A stretch of 64,000 nt of DNA from Eledone cirrhosa (taxonomy: Eukaryota), in contig OZ024752.1 of the NCBI GenBank assembly GCA_964016885.1, positions 8,866,001 through 8,930,000 of the forward strand, read 5' to 3'. This document shows, piece after piece, positions 45,401 through 58,613 of the stretch. Position 1 is the first letter of the stretch, and the number at the start of each line of letters is the position of its first letter. The translations under genes and the position numbers were made by a program. Below the pieces are notes generated by a model. The model saw only the letters and a list, made by a program, of their open reading frames with translations. It was not told the DNA's origin and did no database searches.

Positions 45401-45620
45401 TATTACCTGCTTGTGTGTTGTATGTGGTCCTAGATGTATGTATTACCTGCTGGTGTGTTGTATGTGGTCCTAGATGTGTGTATTACCTGCTTGTGTGTTG
45501 TATGTGGTCCTAGATGTATGTATTACCTGCTGGTGTGTTGTATGTGGTCCTAGATGTATGTATTACCTGCTGGTGTGTTGTATGTGGTCCTAGATGTGTG
45601 TATGACTGGCTGGTGTGTTT
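42491..45620. repeat. 40-bp minisatellite, ~78 copies, with a higher-order duplication
   Basis: Unit cctgctggtgtgttgtatgtggtcctagatgtRtgtatta. Confidence 0.97.
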
Positions 45621-46049
45621 TAAAAACATATGTAATGTTATTTATACAACTGTGAATAAAATATTTTTCCATTTTTCCATGGGTTCAAATATTTTACTAT
45701 AAAACTAATTAACTCCAAAACATTGAAATACAAAAAAGATCTTTTAGAAAAATATAACTATGAAAAAACAATTGTGGAAACAATTGACCAGATCCCAGAC
45801 ATTATTCACTCACTGAGTAGGGTGTAACTTGTCAAATCAGACCAAGGAATCAATGGGTCCATTGGTCTTTCCATTGCTGATACTATCTACCGGTTGCAAC
45901 TTCAGGTAGAAAGAGCGACATGAAATAAAATGTCTTGCTCAAGGACATAACGCATCGCCTGATCCAGGAATCGAACTCACAACCTCACGATTGCGAATCC
46001 AATTCTCTAACCACTCAGCCACACAACTTCAATTAGAAATAAATATAAA

Positions 46050-46379
46050 TATATTATTTGTTTATACATATTTTTATTACAAATTTCTTTTACCTTACAT
46101 GTCACTTTTAAACACATCACAAAGAGTCCAGTATAATGTTACATAACTCTGGATTATTCTTCAGTTCACTGATGTTGACCGGTAGGGATATAATGCTGAC
46201 CGGTAGGGATATTATATTGACCGGTAGGGACATAATGCTGACCGGTAGGGATATTATGTTGACCGGTAGGGACATAATGTTGACCGGTAGGGATATTATG
46301 TTGACTGGTAGGGACATAATGTTGACCGGTAGGGATATATCTGAATCAAATCTCAGTTGAACAGAACACTGAACCATTC
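46050..46379 (-). other. Putative non-coding 3'-UTR terminal exon of CHCHD1
   Basis: GTAAGT donor at 50563-50558, 30 nt after the stop. Acceptor ttttatatttcatatttttcAG at 46381-46380. AATAAA at 46078-46073. The 3' end is approximate. Confidence 0.4.
46172..46338. repeat. 21-bp minisatellite, ~8 copies
   Basis: Unit atgttgaccggtagggaYatW. Confidence 0.9.
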
Positions 46380-46736
46380 CTGAAAAATATGAAATATAAA
46401 AGCAGATAAACCTCTCTGTCTCTTACATGTATGTATGTGTATATATATGTACGTGTATGTATGTATATATGTATGTATATACATACCTATGTATGTATAT
46501 ATATGTATATACATACCTATGTATATGTATGTATGTATATACATACCTATGTATATGTATGTATGTATGTATATACATACCTATGTATGTATATATATGT
46601 ATATACATACCTATGTATGTATATATATGTATATACATACCTATGTATATGTATGTATGTATATATATGTATATGTATGTATGTATGTATGTATATATAT
46701 GTATATGTATGTATATGTATGTATATATATGTATAC

Positions 46737-46792
<56 letters not shown>

Positions 46793-46793
<1 letters not shown>

Positions 46794-47140
46794 GAGGCAC
46801 ATGGCTTAGTGGTTAGAGCATTAGCCTTGCAATCGAACGGTTGTGAGTTCAATTCTCAGACCGGGTGATGTGTTGTTTCCTTGAGCAAGACACTTTATTT
46901 CACATTGCTTCAGTTTATTCAGCTGTAGAAATGAGATGATAGGACTGGGATCCCTATCATTCCACTGCAAAGTGGTCGTGGAGGTGCCACGGCAAAAAAA
47001 GCACCCAGCATTCACTGTAAATGAGGTTGGTGTTAGGAAGGGCATCCAGCTGTAGAAATCAAGCCAGAATCAGTTCCCGTCCCACCCTTGCAAGCAGGGA
47101 AAAAGCGGACGTAAAATGAAATGATGATGATGATGATGTA
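46793..47140 (+). mobile_element. Second tRNA-derived SINE family with (TGA)n tail
   Basis: A box tggcttagtgg, B box gagttcaattc, body ccttgagcaagacactttatttcac and aggaagggcatccagctgtagaaa, tail gatgatgat. Relatives at ~14015-14205 (+), ~16020-16150 (-), ~45790-46025 (-) and ~58980-59170 (-). Confidence 0.75.
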
Positions 47141-47740
47141 TATATGTATGTATGTATAAGAGAGTGGGACTGACTTTGTGCAGTGCCTTTGCTCACTATA
47201 AAAGCTTCACGATACAGGCATTGCTTTATATCTGGAGATCTCTCTGCACTTATCGTCACATGGTACCATGGGCCCAGCACTATGTGTCAATAATTGTCAC
47301 AGGTGTAGGGTTTGTGCCAGAGTTTTCAAGTCGCTGGCTGGACTAAAAAGTCACACTCGTTCAGCGCATCGGTAGGGGTTCTCCTACATGGATATAAAGT
47401 AGTGGCTGTACTCGAAAACGAGTTGGCAGCCACTACTATGTATGTATATATGTATATATATATGTATATACATGTATGTATATATGTAAGTATATATATG
47501 TATATACATGTATGTATGTATGTATATATATGTATATACATGTATGTATATATATATGTATATATATGTATATACATGTATGTATGTATATATATGTATA
47601 TACATGTATGTATATATATATATGTATATACATGTATGTATATATATATGTATATACATGTATGTATGTACCTATGTATGTCTGTATGTATGTATAAATG
47701 TTTGTATATGTATATGTATCTATGTATATCTATGTATATG

Positions 47741-47773
<33 letters not shown>

Positions 47774-48114
47774 AAAGAGTCCTTCTTAGTTCTGCTACAC
47801 TTCAGTTGATTAATGAGGTTTACTGACAGATATCTTTCCCAATTCCCTGGCCCCACAGTCCTAGTAATAAACTTCTGTTATGGGTTACTGAGTTCATTGA
47901 TACCAATAAACTCTTCTTTTTCATCTTGTAATCTAATATACTAACTGAAACATTACTTTGGTTTATTTTATTTGTCATCCTTTACCCCTTTATATACAGT
48001 ATCCCCCCCCCCCACCAACCTGGTATTCGTGGGGCTTGGGGGTTATCTTCCTAGAGAACCCATGAAGAGTGAAAAACTGTGAATATTAGATGTGGTCCAT
48101 AAAAATACCTTTAA

Positions 48115-50442
48115 CCCTTTAGCATTTAAACCAGCCATATCCGGCCAGAATTCTCTTACCTCTTTCTGTTCAAACCAGCCATAACTGGCCACTCATACTG
48201 ATGTTAAGGTATTGTTCTCAAAATAAATAATATCAAAATTGTATAACTATGATATTATGTGAGATAATACCTTTACTGTGAAAATACAATAGTATATATA
48301 GAGTAATGTAAATGTTATGTGAGGTATTATGTGAGGTAAAGACTTTACTGTGAAAATACAATAGTATATATAGAGTAATGTAAATGTTATGTGAGGTATT
48401 ATGTGAGGTAAAGACTTTACTGTGAACATACAATAGTATATATAGAGTAATGTAAATGCTATGTGAGATATTATGAGGTAAAGCCTTTACTGTGAAAATA
48501 CAATAGTATATATAGAGTAATGTAAATGTTATGTGAGATATTATGTGAGGTAAAGACTTTACTGTGAAAATACAATAGTATATATAGAGTAATGTAAATG
48601 TTATGTGAGGTATTATGTGAGGTAAAGACTTTACTGTGAACATACAATAGTATATATAGAGTAATGTAAATGCTATGTGAGATATTATGAGGTAAAGCCT
48701 TTACTGTGAAAATACAATAGTATATATAGAGTAATGTAAATGTTATGTGAGGTATTATGTGAGGTAAAGACTTTACTGTGAAAATACAATAGTATATATA
48801 GAGTAATGTAAATGTTATGTGAGGTATTATGTGAGGTAAAGACTTTACTGTGAAAATACAATAGTATATATAGAGTAATGTAAATGCTATGTGAGATATT
48901 ATGAGGTAAAGCCTTTACTGTGAAAATACAATAGTATATATAGAGTAATGTAAATGCTATGTGAGATATTATGAGGTAAAGCCTTTACTGTGAAAATACA
49001 ATAGTATATATAGAGTAATGTAAATGCTATGTGAGATATTATGAGGTAAAGCCTTTACTGTGAAAATACAATAGTATATATAGAGTAATGTAAATGTTAT
49101 GTGAGATATTATGAGGTAAAGCCTTTACTGTGAAAATACAATAGTATATATAGAGTAATGTAAATGCTATGTGAGATATTATGAGGTAAAGCCTTTACTG
49201 TGAAAATACAATAGTATATATAGAGTAATGTAAATGTTATGTGAGGTATTATGTGAGGTAAAGCCTTTACTGTGAAAATACAATAGTATATATAGAGTAA
49301 TGTAAATGCTATGTGAGATATTATGAGGTAAAGCCTTTACTGTGAAAATACAATAGTATATATAGAGTAATGTAAATGCTATGTGAGATATTATGAGGTA
49401 AAGCCTTTACTGTGAAAATACAATAGTATATATAGAGTAATGTAAATGCTATGTGAGATATTATGAGGTAAAGCCTTTACTGTGAAAATACAATAGTATA
49501 TATAGAGTAATGTAAATGTTATGTGAGATATTATGAGGTAAAGCCTTTACTGTGAAAATACAATAGTATATATAGAGTAATGTAAATGCTATGTGAGATA
49601 TTATGAGGTAAAGCCTTTACTGTGAAAATACAATAGTATATATAGAGTAATGTAAATGTTATGTGAGGTATTATGTGAGGTAAAGCCTTTACTGTGAAAA
49701 TACAATAGTATATATAGAGTAATGTAAATGCTATGTGAGATATTATGAGGTAAAGCCTTTACTGTGAAAATACAATAGTATATATAGAGTAATGTAAATG
49801 TTATGTGAGATATTATGAGGTAAAGCCTTTACTGTGAAAATACAATAGTATATATAGAGTAATGTAAATGCTATGTGAGATATTATGAGGTAAAGCCTTT
49901 ACTGTGAAAATACAATAGTATATATAGAGTAATGTAAATGTTATGTGAGGTATTATGTGAGGTAAAGCCTTTACTGTGAAAATACAATAGTATATATAGA
50001 GTAATGTAAATGCTATGTGAGATATTATGAGGTAAAGCCTTTACTGTGAAAATACAATAGTATATATAGAGTAATGTAAATGTTATGTGAGATATTATGA
50101 GGTAAAGCCTTTACTGTGAAAATACAATAGTATATATAGAGTAATGTAAATGCTATGTGAGATATTATGAGGTAAAGCCTTTACTGTGAAAATACAATAG
50201 TATATATAGAGTAATGTAAATGTTATGTGAGGTATTATGTGAGGTAAAGCCTTTACTGTGAAAATACAATAGTATATATAGAGTAATGTAAATGCTATGT
50301 GAGATATTATGAGGTAAAGCCTTTACTGTGAAAATACAATAGTATATATAGAGTAATGTAAATGTTATGTGAGATATTATGAGGTAAAGCCTTTACTGTG
50401 AAAATACAATAGTATATATAGAGTAATGTAAATGCTAAAGAG
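48115..50442. mobile_element. piggyBac-like MITE with internally expanded 69-71 bp satellite
   Basis: TTAA|ccctttagcattta ... taaatgctaaagag|TTAA. About 31 tandem units between ~48250 and 50436. Confidence 0.8.
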
Positions 50443-50593
50443 TTAAATGTTCGTGGAAAAATGGACGTAAAACAGTGATGATGATGATGATGCTGCTGAA
50501 GCAATCTAGAATTGCTTCTCTGTCAGAACAAAAGATAGGCTGAATATAAAAGATCATACTTACACTATTCACTCCTGAAAATCTTTAACAGAA

Positions 50594-50686
50594 TTACTTA
50601 TATGAGTGTGGTGGCTGGGGGAATTTCTTAAGTAACTTGTTGACTTCTTTAGAGGTCAGCTTGTTACTGGTTTCGGGAGCCTGGGA
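50594..50686 (-). CDS. CHCHD1: Last coding exon of CHCHD1/mS37
   Basis: Polypyrimidine acceptor ctcttttgttatcttttacAG|TCC, phase 0 and compatible with the upstream exon. Encodes SQAPETSNKLTSKEVNKLLKKFPQPPHSYK*, matching the CHCHD1 C-terminal NKLL.+FP motif. TAA at 50596-50594. Confidence 0.85.
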   Translation of the reverse strand, partial: SQAPETSNKLTSKEVNKLLKKFPQPPHSYK

Positions 50687-50715
50687 CTGTAAAAGATAAC
50701 AAAAGAGAATGCAAT

Positions 50716-52892
50716 AACTGGAGCCAACACACCTGTCACCATAGCAACTGTAACTCTGCATGGCAATCAGTGTGTAGAACTGGAGCAAATACACCTGTCA
50801 CCATAGCAACGAATAACATGGCAACCAGTGTATAGAACTGGAGCCAATACACCTGTCACCATAGCAACTAATAGAAACATGGCAACCAGTGAATAGAACT
50901 GGAGCCAATACACCTGTCACCATAGCAACTAATAGAAACATGGCAACCAGTGTATAGAACTGGAGCCAATACACCTGACACCATAGCAACTAATAGAAAC
51001 ATGGCAACCAGTGTATAGAACTGGAGCCAATACATCTGTCACCATAGCAACTAATAGAAACATGGCAACCAGTGTATAGAACTGGAGCCAATACATCTGT
51101 CACCATAGCAACTAATAGAAACATGGCAACCAGTGTATAGAACTGGAGCCAATACAACTGTCACCATAGCAACTAATAGAAACATGGCAACCAGTGTATA
51201 GAACTGGAGCCAATACACCTGTCACCATAGCAACTAATAGAAACATGGCAACCAGTGTATAGAACTGGAGCCAATACATCTGTCACCATAGCAACTAATA
51301 GAAACATGGCAACCAGTGTATAGAACTGGAGCCAATACACCTGTCACCATAGCAACTAATAGAAACATGGCAACCAGTGTATAGAACTGGAGCCAATACA
51401 TCTGTCACCATAGCAACTAATAGAAACATGGCAACCAGTGTATAGAACTGGAGCCAATACATCTGTCACCATAGCAACTAATAGAAACATGGCAACCAGT
51501 GTATAGAACTGGAGCCAATACATCTGTCACCATAGCAACTAATAGAAACATGGCAACCAGTGTATAGAACTGGAGCCAATACACCTGTCACCATAGCAAC
51601 TAATAGAAACATGGCAACCAGTGTATAGAACTGGAGCCAATACATCTGTCACCATAGCAACTAATAGAAACATGGCAACCAGTGTATAGAACTGGAGCCA
51701 ATACATCTGTCACCATAGCAACTAATAGAAACATGGCAACCAGTGTATAGAACTGGAGCCAATACATCTGTCACCATAGCAACCAGTGTATAGAACTGGA
51801 GCCAATACATCTGTCACCATAGCAACTAATAGAAACATGGCAACCAGTGTATAGAACTGGAGCCAATACATCTGTCGCCATAGCAACTAATAGAAACATG
51901 GCAACCAGTGTATAGAACTGGAGCCAATACATCTGTCACCATAGCAACTAATAGAAACATGGCAACCAGTGTATAGAACTGGAGCCAATACACCTGTCAC
52001 CATAGCAACTAATAGAAACATGGCAATCAGTGTATAGAACTGGAGCCAATACATCTGTCACCATAGCAACTAATAGAAACATGGCAACCAGTGTATAGAA
52101 CTGGAGCCAATACATCTGTCACCATAGCAACTAATAGAAACATGGCAACCAGTGTATAGAACTGGAGCCAATACATCTGTCACGATAGCAACTAATAGAA
52201 ACATGGCAACCAGTGTATAGAACTGGAGCCAATACATCTGTCACGATAGCAACTAATAGAAACATGGCAACCAGTGTATAGAACTGGAGCCAATACATCT
52301 GTCACCATAGCAACTAATAGAAACATGGCAACCAGTGTATAGAACTGGAGCCAATACACCTGTCACCATAGTAACTAATAGAAACATGGCAACCAGTGTA
52401 TAGAACTGGAGCCAATACACCTGTCACCATAGCAACTAATAGAAACATGGCAACCAGTGTATAGAACTGGAGCCAATACACCTGTCACCATAGCAACTAA
52501 TAGAAACATGGCAACCAGTGTATAGAACTGGAGCCAATACACCTGTCACCATAGCAACTAATAGAAACATGGCAACCAGTGTATAGAACTGGAGCCAATA
52601 CATCTGTCACCATAGCAACTAATAGAAACATGGCAACCAGTGTATAGAACTGGAGCCAATACATCTGTCACCATAGCAACTAATAGAAACATGGCAACCA
52701 GTGTATAGAACTGGAGCCAATACATCTGTCACCATAGCAACTAATAGAAACATGGCAACCAGTGTATAGAACTGGAGCCAATACATCTGTCACCATAGCA
52801 ACTAATAGAAACATGGCAACCAGTGTATATAACTGGAGCCAATACACCTGACACCATAGCAACTAATAGAAACATGGCAACCAGTGTATATA
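50716..52892. repeat. 61-bp intronic minisatellite, ~35 copies
   Basis: Unit accatagcaactaatagaaacatggcaaccagtgtatagaactggagccaatacaYctgtc. Confidence 0.97.
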
Positions 52893-53137
52893 AACATCTC
52901 TATAGAGGAATACAATTTTTCAAAATCATCTCCATTAAGATAAATTTAAAAAAAAAACAAAAAAACCCACAGTAAGACTGTTGTAGAGGATGGAGAGGTG
53001 CACTATTGAGATGACATATGTCTACCTAGGAGTAGATTATCCAAAATGTTCTTCTGATTCTTCAAATGGTTTCTTGACAGATTTTGTTGTTTATTCTTTA
53101 ACTCAACAAAATACTCAGCAATGTTGGTACAGTCATC

Positions 53138-54467
53138 GCCTCCAACACTACCACCTTGGTCACAGGTGTGTTGGCGCCTCCAACACTACCACCCTGGTCA
53201 CAGGTGTGTTGGTGCCTCCAACACTACCACCCTGGTCACAGGTGTGTTGGCGCCTCCAACACTACCACCCTGGTCACAGGTGTGTTGGCGCCTCCAACAC
53301 TACCACCCTGGTCACAGGTGTGTTGGTGCCTCCAACACTACCACCCTGGTCACAGGTGTGTTGGCGCCTCCAACACTACCACCCTGGTCACAGGTGTGTT
53401 GGTGCCTCCAACACTACCACCCTGGTCACAGGTGTGTTGGCGCCTCCAACACTACCACCCTGGTCACAGGTGTGTTGGTGCCTCCAACACTACCACCCTG
53501 GTCACAGGTGTTGGTGCCTCCAACACTACCACCCTGGTCACAGGTGTGTTGGCGCCTCCGTCTCTCTCTCACCCTCGTCACAGGTGTGTTGGCGCCTCCG
53601 TCTCTCTCTCACCCTCGTCACAGGTGTGTTGGCGCCTCCGTCTCTCTCTCACCCTCGTCACAGGTGTGTTGGCGCCTCTATCTCTCTCTCACCCTCGTCA
53701 CAGGTGTGTTGGCGCCTCCGTCTCTCTCTCACCCTCGTCACAGGTGTGTTGGTGCCTCCGTCTCTCTCACCCTCGTCACAGGTGTGTTGGCGCCTCCGTC
53801 TCTCTCTCACCCTCGTCACAGGTGTGTTGGCGCCTCCGTCTCTCTCTCACCCTCGTCACAGGTGTGTTGGCACCTCCGTCTCTCTCTCACCCTCGTCACA
53901 GGTGTGTTGGCGCCTCCGTCTCTCTCTCACCCTCGTCACAGGTGTGTTGGCGCCTCCGTCTCTCTCTCTCACCCTCGTCACAGGTGTGTTGGTGCCTCCG
54001 TCTCTCTCACCCTCGTCACAGGTGTGTTGGCGCCTCCGTCTCTCTCTCACCCTCATCACAGGTGTGTTGGCGCCTCCGTCTCTCTCACCCTCGTCACAGG
54101 TGTGTTGGCGCCTCCGTCTCTCTCTCTCACCCTCGTCACAGGTGTGTTGGTGCCTCCGTCTCTCTCACCCTCGTCACAGGTGTGTTGGCGCCTCCGTCTC
54201 TCTCTCACCCTCGTCACAGGTGTGTTGGCGCTTCCGTCTCTCTCTCACCCTCGTCACAGGTGTGTTGGCGCCTCCGTCTCTCTCACCCTCGTCACAGGTG
54301 TGTTGGCGCCTCCGTCTCTCTCTCACCCTCGTCACAGGTGTGTTGGCGCCTCCGTCTCTCTCTCACCCTCGTCACAGGTGTGTTGGCGCCTCCGTCTCTC
54401 TCTCACCCTCGTCACAGGTGTGTTGGCGCCTCCGTCTCTCTCTCACCCTCGTCACAGGTGTGTTGGT
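53138..54467. repeat. 39/40-bp intronic minisatellite with two consecutive subtypes
   Basis: Shared core gtcacaggtgtgttggcgcctcc. The spacer is aacactaccaccctg up to ~53540 and gtctctctctcaccctc after that. Confidence 0.95.
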
Positions 54468-54877
54468 AAGAAGGTAAATAAATGATAAATAGAGCAATAA
54501 ACAATCTGGCTAATGAAGACAACATTGATGATGATGGTGGTGGTGATGTTGATGACAGTGATGATGGCGAAGGTGATGTTGGTGATGATGATAATAATTG
54601 TTTCTACGTTAGGCACAAGGCCAGCAATTAGCCCAGTACATTACTGGTACTTTATTTTATCGACCCCGTAAGGATGAAAGGCAAAGTCAACCTCGGCGGG
54701 ATTTGAACTCAGACCATAATAATGCTACAGGAGCACTGTATACAATAATTTACATTATAATGATGATGAAGATGCTGCTGATGATGGTGGTGGTGGGGGT
54801 GATAGTGATTCTTGAAAATCCTCCAGAAAGAAAACAGAGATAACAAAGTGTGGAATTATTTCAGAAGAATTACGTAC

Positions 54878-54996
54878 CATAGAATTCGTATAACATTCAT
54901 TGAAAGCCTTGATTTCTTTCTCACATCCTTTAATAGTAAAATCTGACGATTTCCAGCAGGTAAGCAACAATCCAATCTCCTCAAGGCAGGGTGCCG
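54878..54996 (-). CDS. CHCHD1: Internal coding exon of CHCHD1/mS37 (mitoribosomal small-subunit twin CX9C protein)
   Basis: Minus strand: acceptor ctctctttatctAG|CG GCA CCC TGC, donor ATG|GTacgt. Translation APCLEEIGLLLTCWKSSDFTIKGCEKEIKAFNECYTNSM has C-X9-C-X10-C-X9-C with the CWK..F...C.KEI..F..C pattern of CHCHD1. 119 nt, phase 1 in, phase 0 out. The upstream exon was not found in the window. Confidence 0.88.
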
Positions 54997-55089
54997 CTAG
55001 ATAAAGAGAGAGCCAGTATATATATATAAAGTGGGCGCCAGTATATTGGATGTAGTAAGCCAAGAAATTCTAATTAAAATTACATCATT

Positions 55090-56180
55090 AAATAATTGTT
55101 TCTACTTTTGGCACAAGGCCAGCAATTTCCCAGTGCATTACTGGTACTTTATTTTATCAACCCTGTAAGGTTGAAAGGCAAAGTCAACCTCGGCGGGATT
55201 TGAACTCAGAATGGCAAGGGCCGTAACTCTATGCAGCAAAGCATGGCGTTCAACCCTCTACCGATTCTGCCAATCCACCGTCTTAAATAATGGTTTCTAC
55301 TTTAGGCACAAGGCCAGCAAGTTGAAGGGGAGGGGGAAGTCAATTAAATCAACCCCAGTGCATTACTGGTACTTTATTTTAATAATAATAATAATAATTG
55401 TTTCTACTTTAGGCACAAGGCCAGCAATTATCCAGTGTATTACTGGTACTTTATTTTATCGACCCCGTAAGGATGAAAGGCAAAGTAAACCTCGGCGGGA
55501 TATGAACTCAGATCGTAAAGGGCCGTAACTCTATGTTGCAAAGCATGGTGTCCGACCCTCTACCGATTCTGCCAATCCACCAATGATTTCTAGTAGAGGC
55601 ACAAGGTCAGTAATTTGGAGAGAGAGGAAAGTCAATTAAATAACCCCCAGTGTATTACTGATACTGTATTTTATCGACCCCATAAAAATGAAAAGCAAAG
55701 CAAACCTCAGCGGGATTTGAACTCAGAACGTAAAGGGGCCGTAACTACATGCTGCAAAGCATGGTGTCTGACACTCTACTGATTCTTAAATAATTGTTTC
55801 TACTTTTGGCACAAGGCCGACAATTATCCCAGTGTATTACTGGTATTTTATTTTATTGACCCTGTAAGGATGAAAGGCAAAGTTAACCTCGGCGGGATTT
55901 GAACTCAGAATGATTCTTAAATAATAGTTTCTGCTTTAGGCACAAGTCCAACAATTTTGGGTAAGGGGAAAGTCAATTAAATCGACCCCAGTGTGTTACT
56001 GGTATTTTTTTTTAATAATAATGGTTTCTGCTATAGGCACAAGGCCAGCAATTTGGGGAGGGGAAAGTTGATTAAATCGACCCCAGTGTATTACTGGTAC
56101 TTTATTTTATCAACCCTGTAAGCATGAAAGGCAAAGTTAACCTCAGTGAGATTTTAAATCAGAAGGCAAAGGCCGTCACT
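55090..56180 (-). mobile_element. Cluster of about eight full and partial copies of the dominant tRNA-derived SINE
   Basis: Repeated aattgtttctac..ggcacaaggccagcaatt..ctggtactttattttatcgaccccgtaaggatgaaaggcaaag..cctcggcgggatttgaactc, whose reverse complement contains the B box GAGTTCAAATCC. Other copies near 3090, 3960, 8095, 11990, 12310, 17625, 35905, 36775-37255, 39880, 41470-41990, 54595 and 58740. Confidence 0.85.
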
Positions 56181-56312
56181 AAAAGATCTTCCTAACCCCT
56201 TGTTTGATTATATATTTTAACTTCAGAAGAATGAAAAGCTAAGACATAAAAGTATGTAAATTATTATTGTAAAGTATTTAATCCATTGCTTTACTGATTA
56301 TAACCACTTTAA

Positions 56313-58232
56313 CCCTTTAACCTTTAAACCAGCCATATCCAGCCAGAATTCTCTCACCTCTTTCTATTCAAACCAGCTGTAACCGGCCGCTCATACTGAT
56401 GTTAAGGTATTGTTTTCAAAATAAATAATATCAAAATCTCATAGATTCGAAATAATTGTTTCTACTTTTGGCACAAGGCCAGCAATTATCTCAGTACATT
56501 ACTGGTACTTTATTTTATCAACCCCGTAAGGATTAAAGGCAAAATTAACCTCGACGGGATTTGAACTCAGATTCAAAATAATTGTTTCTACTTTTGGCAC
56601 AAGGCCAGATTCAAAATTATGTGAGATAATTATGTGAGATAAAGCCTTTCCTGTAAAAATATAATAGTATATATAGAGATATTATGTGAGGTAAAGCCTT
56701 TACTGAAAAAATATAATAGTATATATAGAGTAATGTAAATGTTATGTGAAGTAAAGCCTTTACTGCGAAAATATAATAGTATATATAGAGTAATGTAAAT
56801 GTTATGTGGGGTAAAGCTTTTACTGTAAAAATACAATCTTCTATATATATAAAACTGAGGTTGTCTGTCTGTCTATCGATTTTTGGCACACATCTCCTCT
56901 TAGAATCTCTCACGGAATTGCATCGAAATTGCTATACTTGTACATTGAGCCCTAGCGAAGACATCGGAAAAAAAATATTTCAAATTGATCCGCCCTATCT
57001 GACGAAATCGAATATAATGTATCGAATTTTGAGCGTAAGTGATCAGTTATTTCCCTTTGTTCTGTTTACATTGAGCGTCTGCGTGCAAAAATAAAAAAAA
57101 TTACGCTGGCTTTCTCAGCGTTTAAAATGACATTAACACAATACACGAACAGTTGTCGAGCCAGCAAAATTTTGACCTGCAAAATTCATCAGTTCGAACA
57201 CTAAGCTTCCGTTTTGCTTCATTTCCATTTAAAAGCCTTTTAAAACAATATTTTTACTTGAAAACAAGTCTATTTAAAGACTACGTAAAACAAGCAAATA
57301 TTTCGTAAAAAAAAGCAAAAATTATATAAGTTTATTTAAAATATATGTATCTGTAAATTTCGTTAGGCGTGCAGACAGACAGTCGTGCAGACAGACAGTC
57401 GTGCAGAGGGGTGATATAGGCGTGCAGACAGACAGTCGTGCAGAGAGGTGATATAGGCGTGCAGACAGACAGTCGTGCAGAGAGGTGATATAGGCGTGCA
57501 GACAGACATAACTGATAATTTGGTTACGCTAATGTTTTTCTCTGCGTTGCAGTGTTTACATTTTCGATCTTTGTTATTAAATAACCAGTGCAGTTTTTAT
57601 CCCCAGCAACCTCTTTTGTTATAACATTCGGGTTATCGTTATGTTTTCTTAACTTCATAAGGCATATTGTTGGTTGAGGGAATATTAATCAAAAACACCA
57701 CATGCAAGTCTGCACAGTAGACACTACAGTTTTTAAGCCAAAAAAGAAACTTAACATTGTAACTTTAACACAGCTACTGAGCGACCCCGAGCAACGCCGG
57801 GCTTTACTGCTAGTAGTATATATAGAGTAATGTAAATGTTATGTGAGGTAAAGCTTTTACTGTGAAAATACAATAGTATATATAGAGTAATGTAAATGTT
57901 ATGTGAGATAAAGCCTTTACTGTGAAAATACAATAGTATATATAGAGTAATGTAAATGTGATGTGAGATATTATGTGAGGTAAAGCCTTTACTGTGAAAA
58001 TACAATAGTATATATAGAGTAATGTAAATGTTATGTGAGATAAAGCCTTTACTGAGAAAATACAATAGTATATATAGAGTAATGTAAATGTTATGTGAGG
58101 TAAAACCTTTACTGTGAAAATACAATAGTATATATATAGAGTAATGTAAATGTGATGTGAGATATTATGTGAGGTAAAGCCTTTACTGTGAAAATACAAT
58201 AGTATACATAGAGTAATATAAATGTTAAAGGG
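56313..58232. mobile_element. Second copy of the piggyBac-like MITE, with nested SINE fragment and Helitron
   Basis: TTAA|ccctttaaccttta ... taaatgttaaaggg|CTAA. Same ~130-bp left body and same satellite unit as 48115. Confidence 0.75.
56837..57813 (+). mobile_element. Non-autonomous Helitron
   Basis: 5' TC, 3' hairpin cccgagcaacgccggg followed by CTAG. Inserted precisely at A|T of the satellite unit (atacaa|tagtata) with no TSD. Internal ~37-bp tandem at ~57365-57510. Confidence 0.85.
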
Positions 58233-58418
58233 CTAACTTCCTTCAATTCCGAAGTACAGTGAGTAGTGAGTTTATGTGAGTAAAGAAAAACTGATGTCTG
58301 TGAAGGAAGTAAACGGAAAAAAAATTTGAACAAGAAATAATCTCCATTCTAAGGGAAATAACTTGTTGAATAACAAACTATTATTTGGGAAGACATTCTC
58401 GAATTTATAGGAGTAATA

Positions 58419-58613
58419 CGAAGGGGGCGCTGAAAAGTTCATTGCTTTCAGGGTATCCTATCTTCTCAGTAAAGGTTACCTTTACAGGGGAGGTAGGGCA
58501 GCTGCAATAAGTGTGTGAATCTGAGAAGGGAATATGTTGAATAAAATCATAATTAACTGATCCTCCTGTATTTTCTTTTACCCAAAGCCAGACATTTTTC
58601 AGCACCCTCTTTG
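58419..58613 (+). mobile_element. Mariner-derived MITE
   Basis: TA|cgaagggggcgctgaaaagt ... atttttcagcaccctctttg|TA. Retains the transposase tail KCVNLRREYVE*. Confidence 0.75.

Noticed and set aside
52990-54485. 437-495 aa plus-strand ORFs
   Set aside because: Minisatellite read-through, antisense within the CHCHD1 intron.
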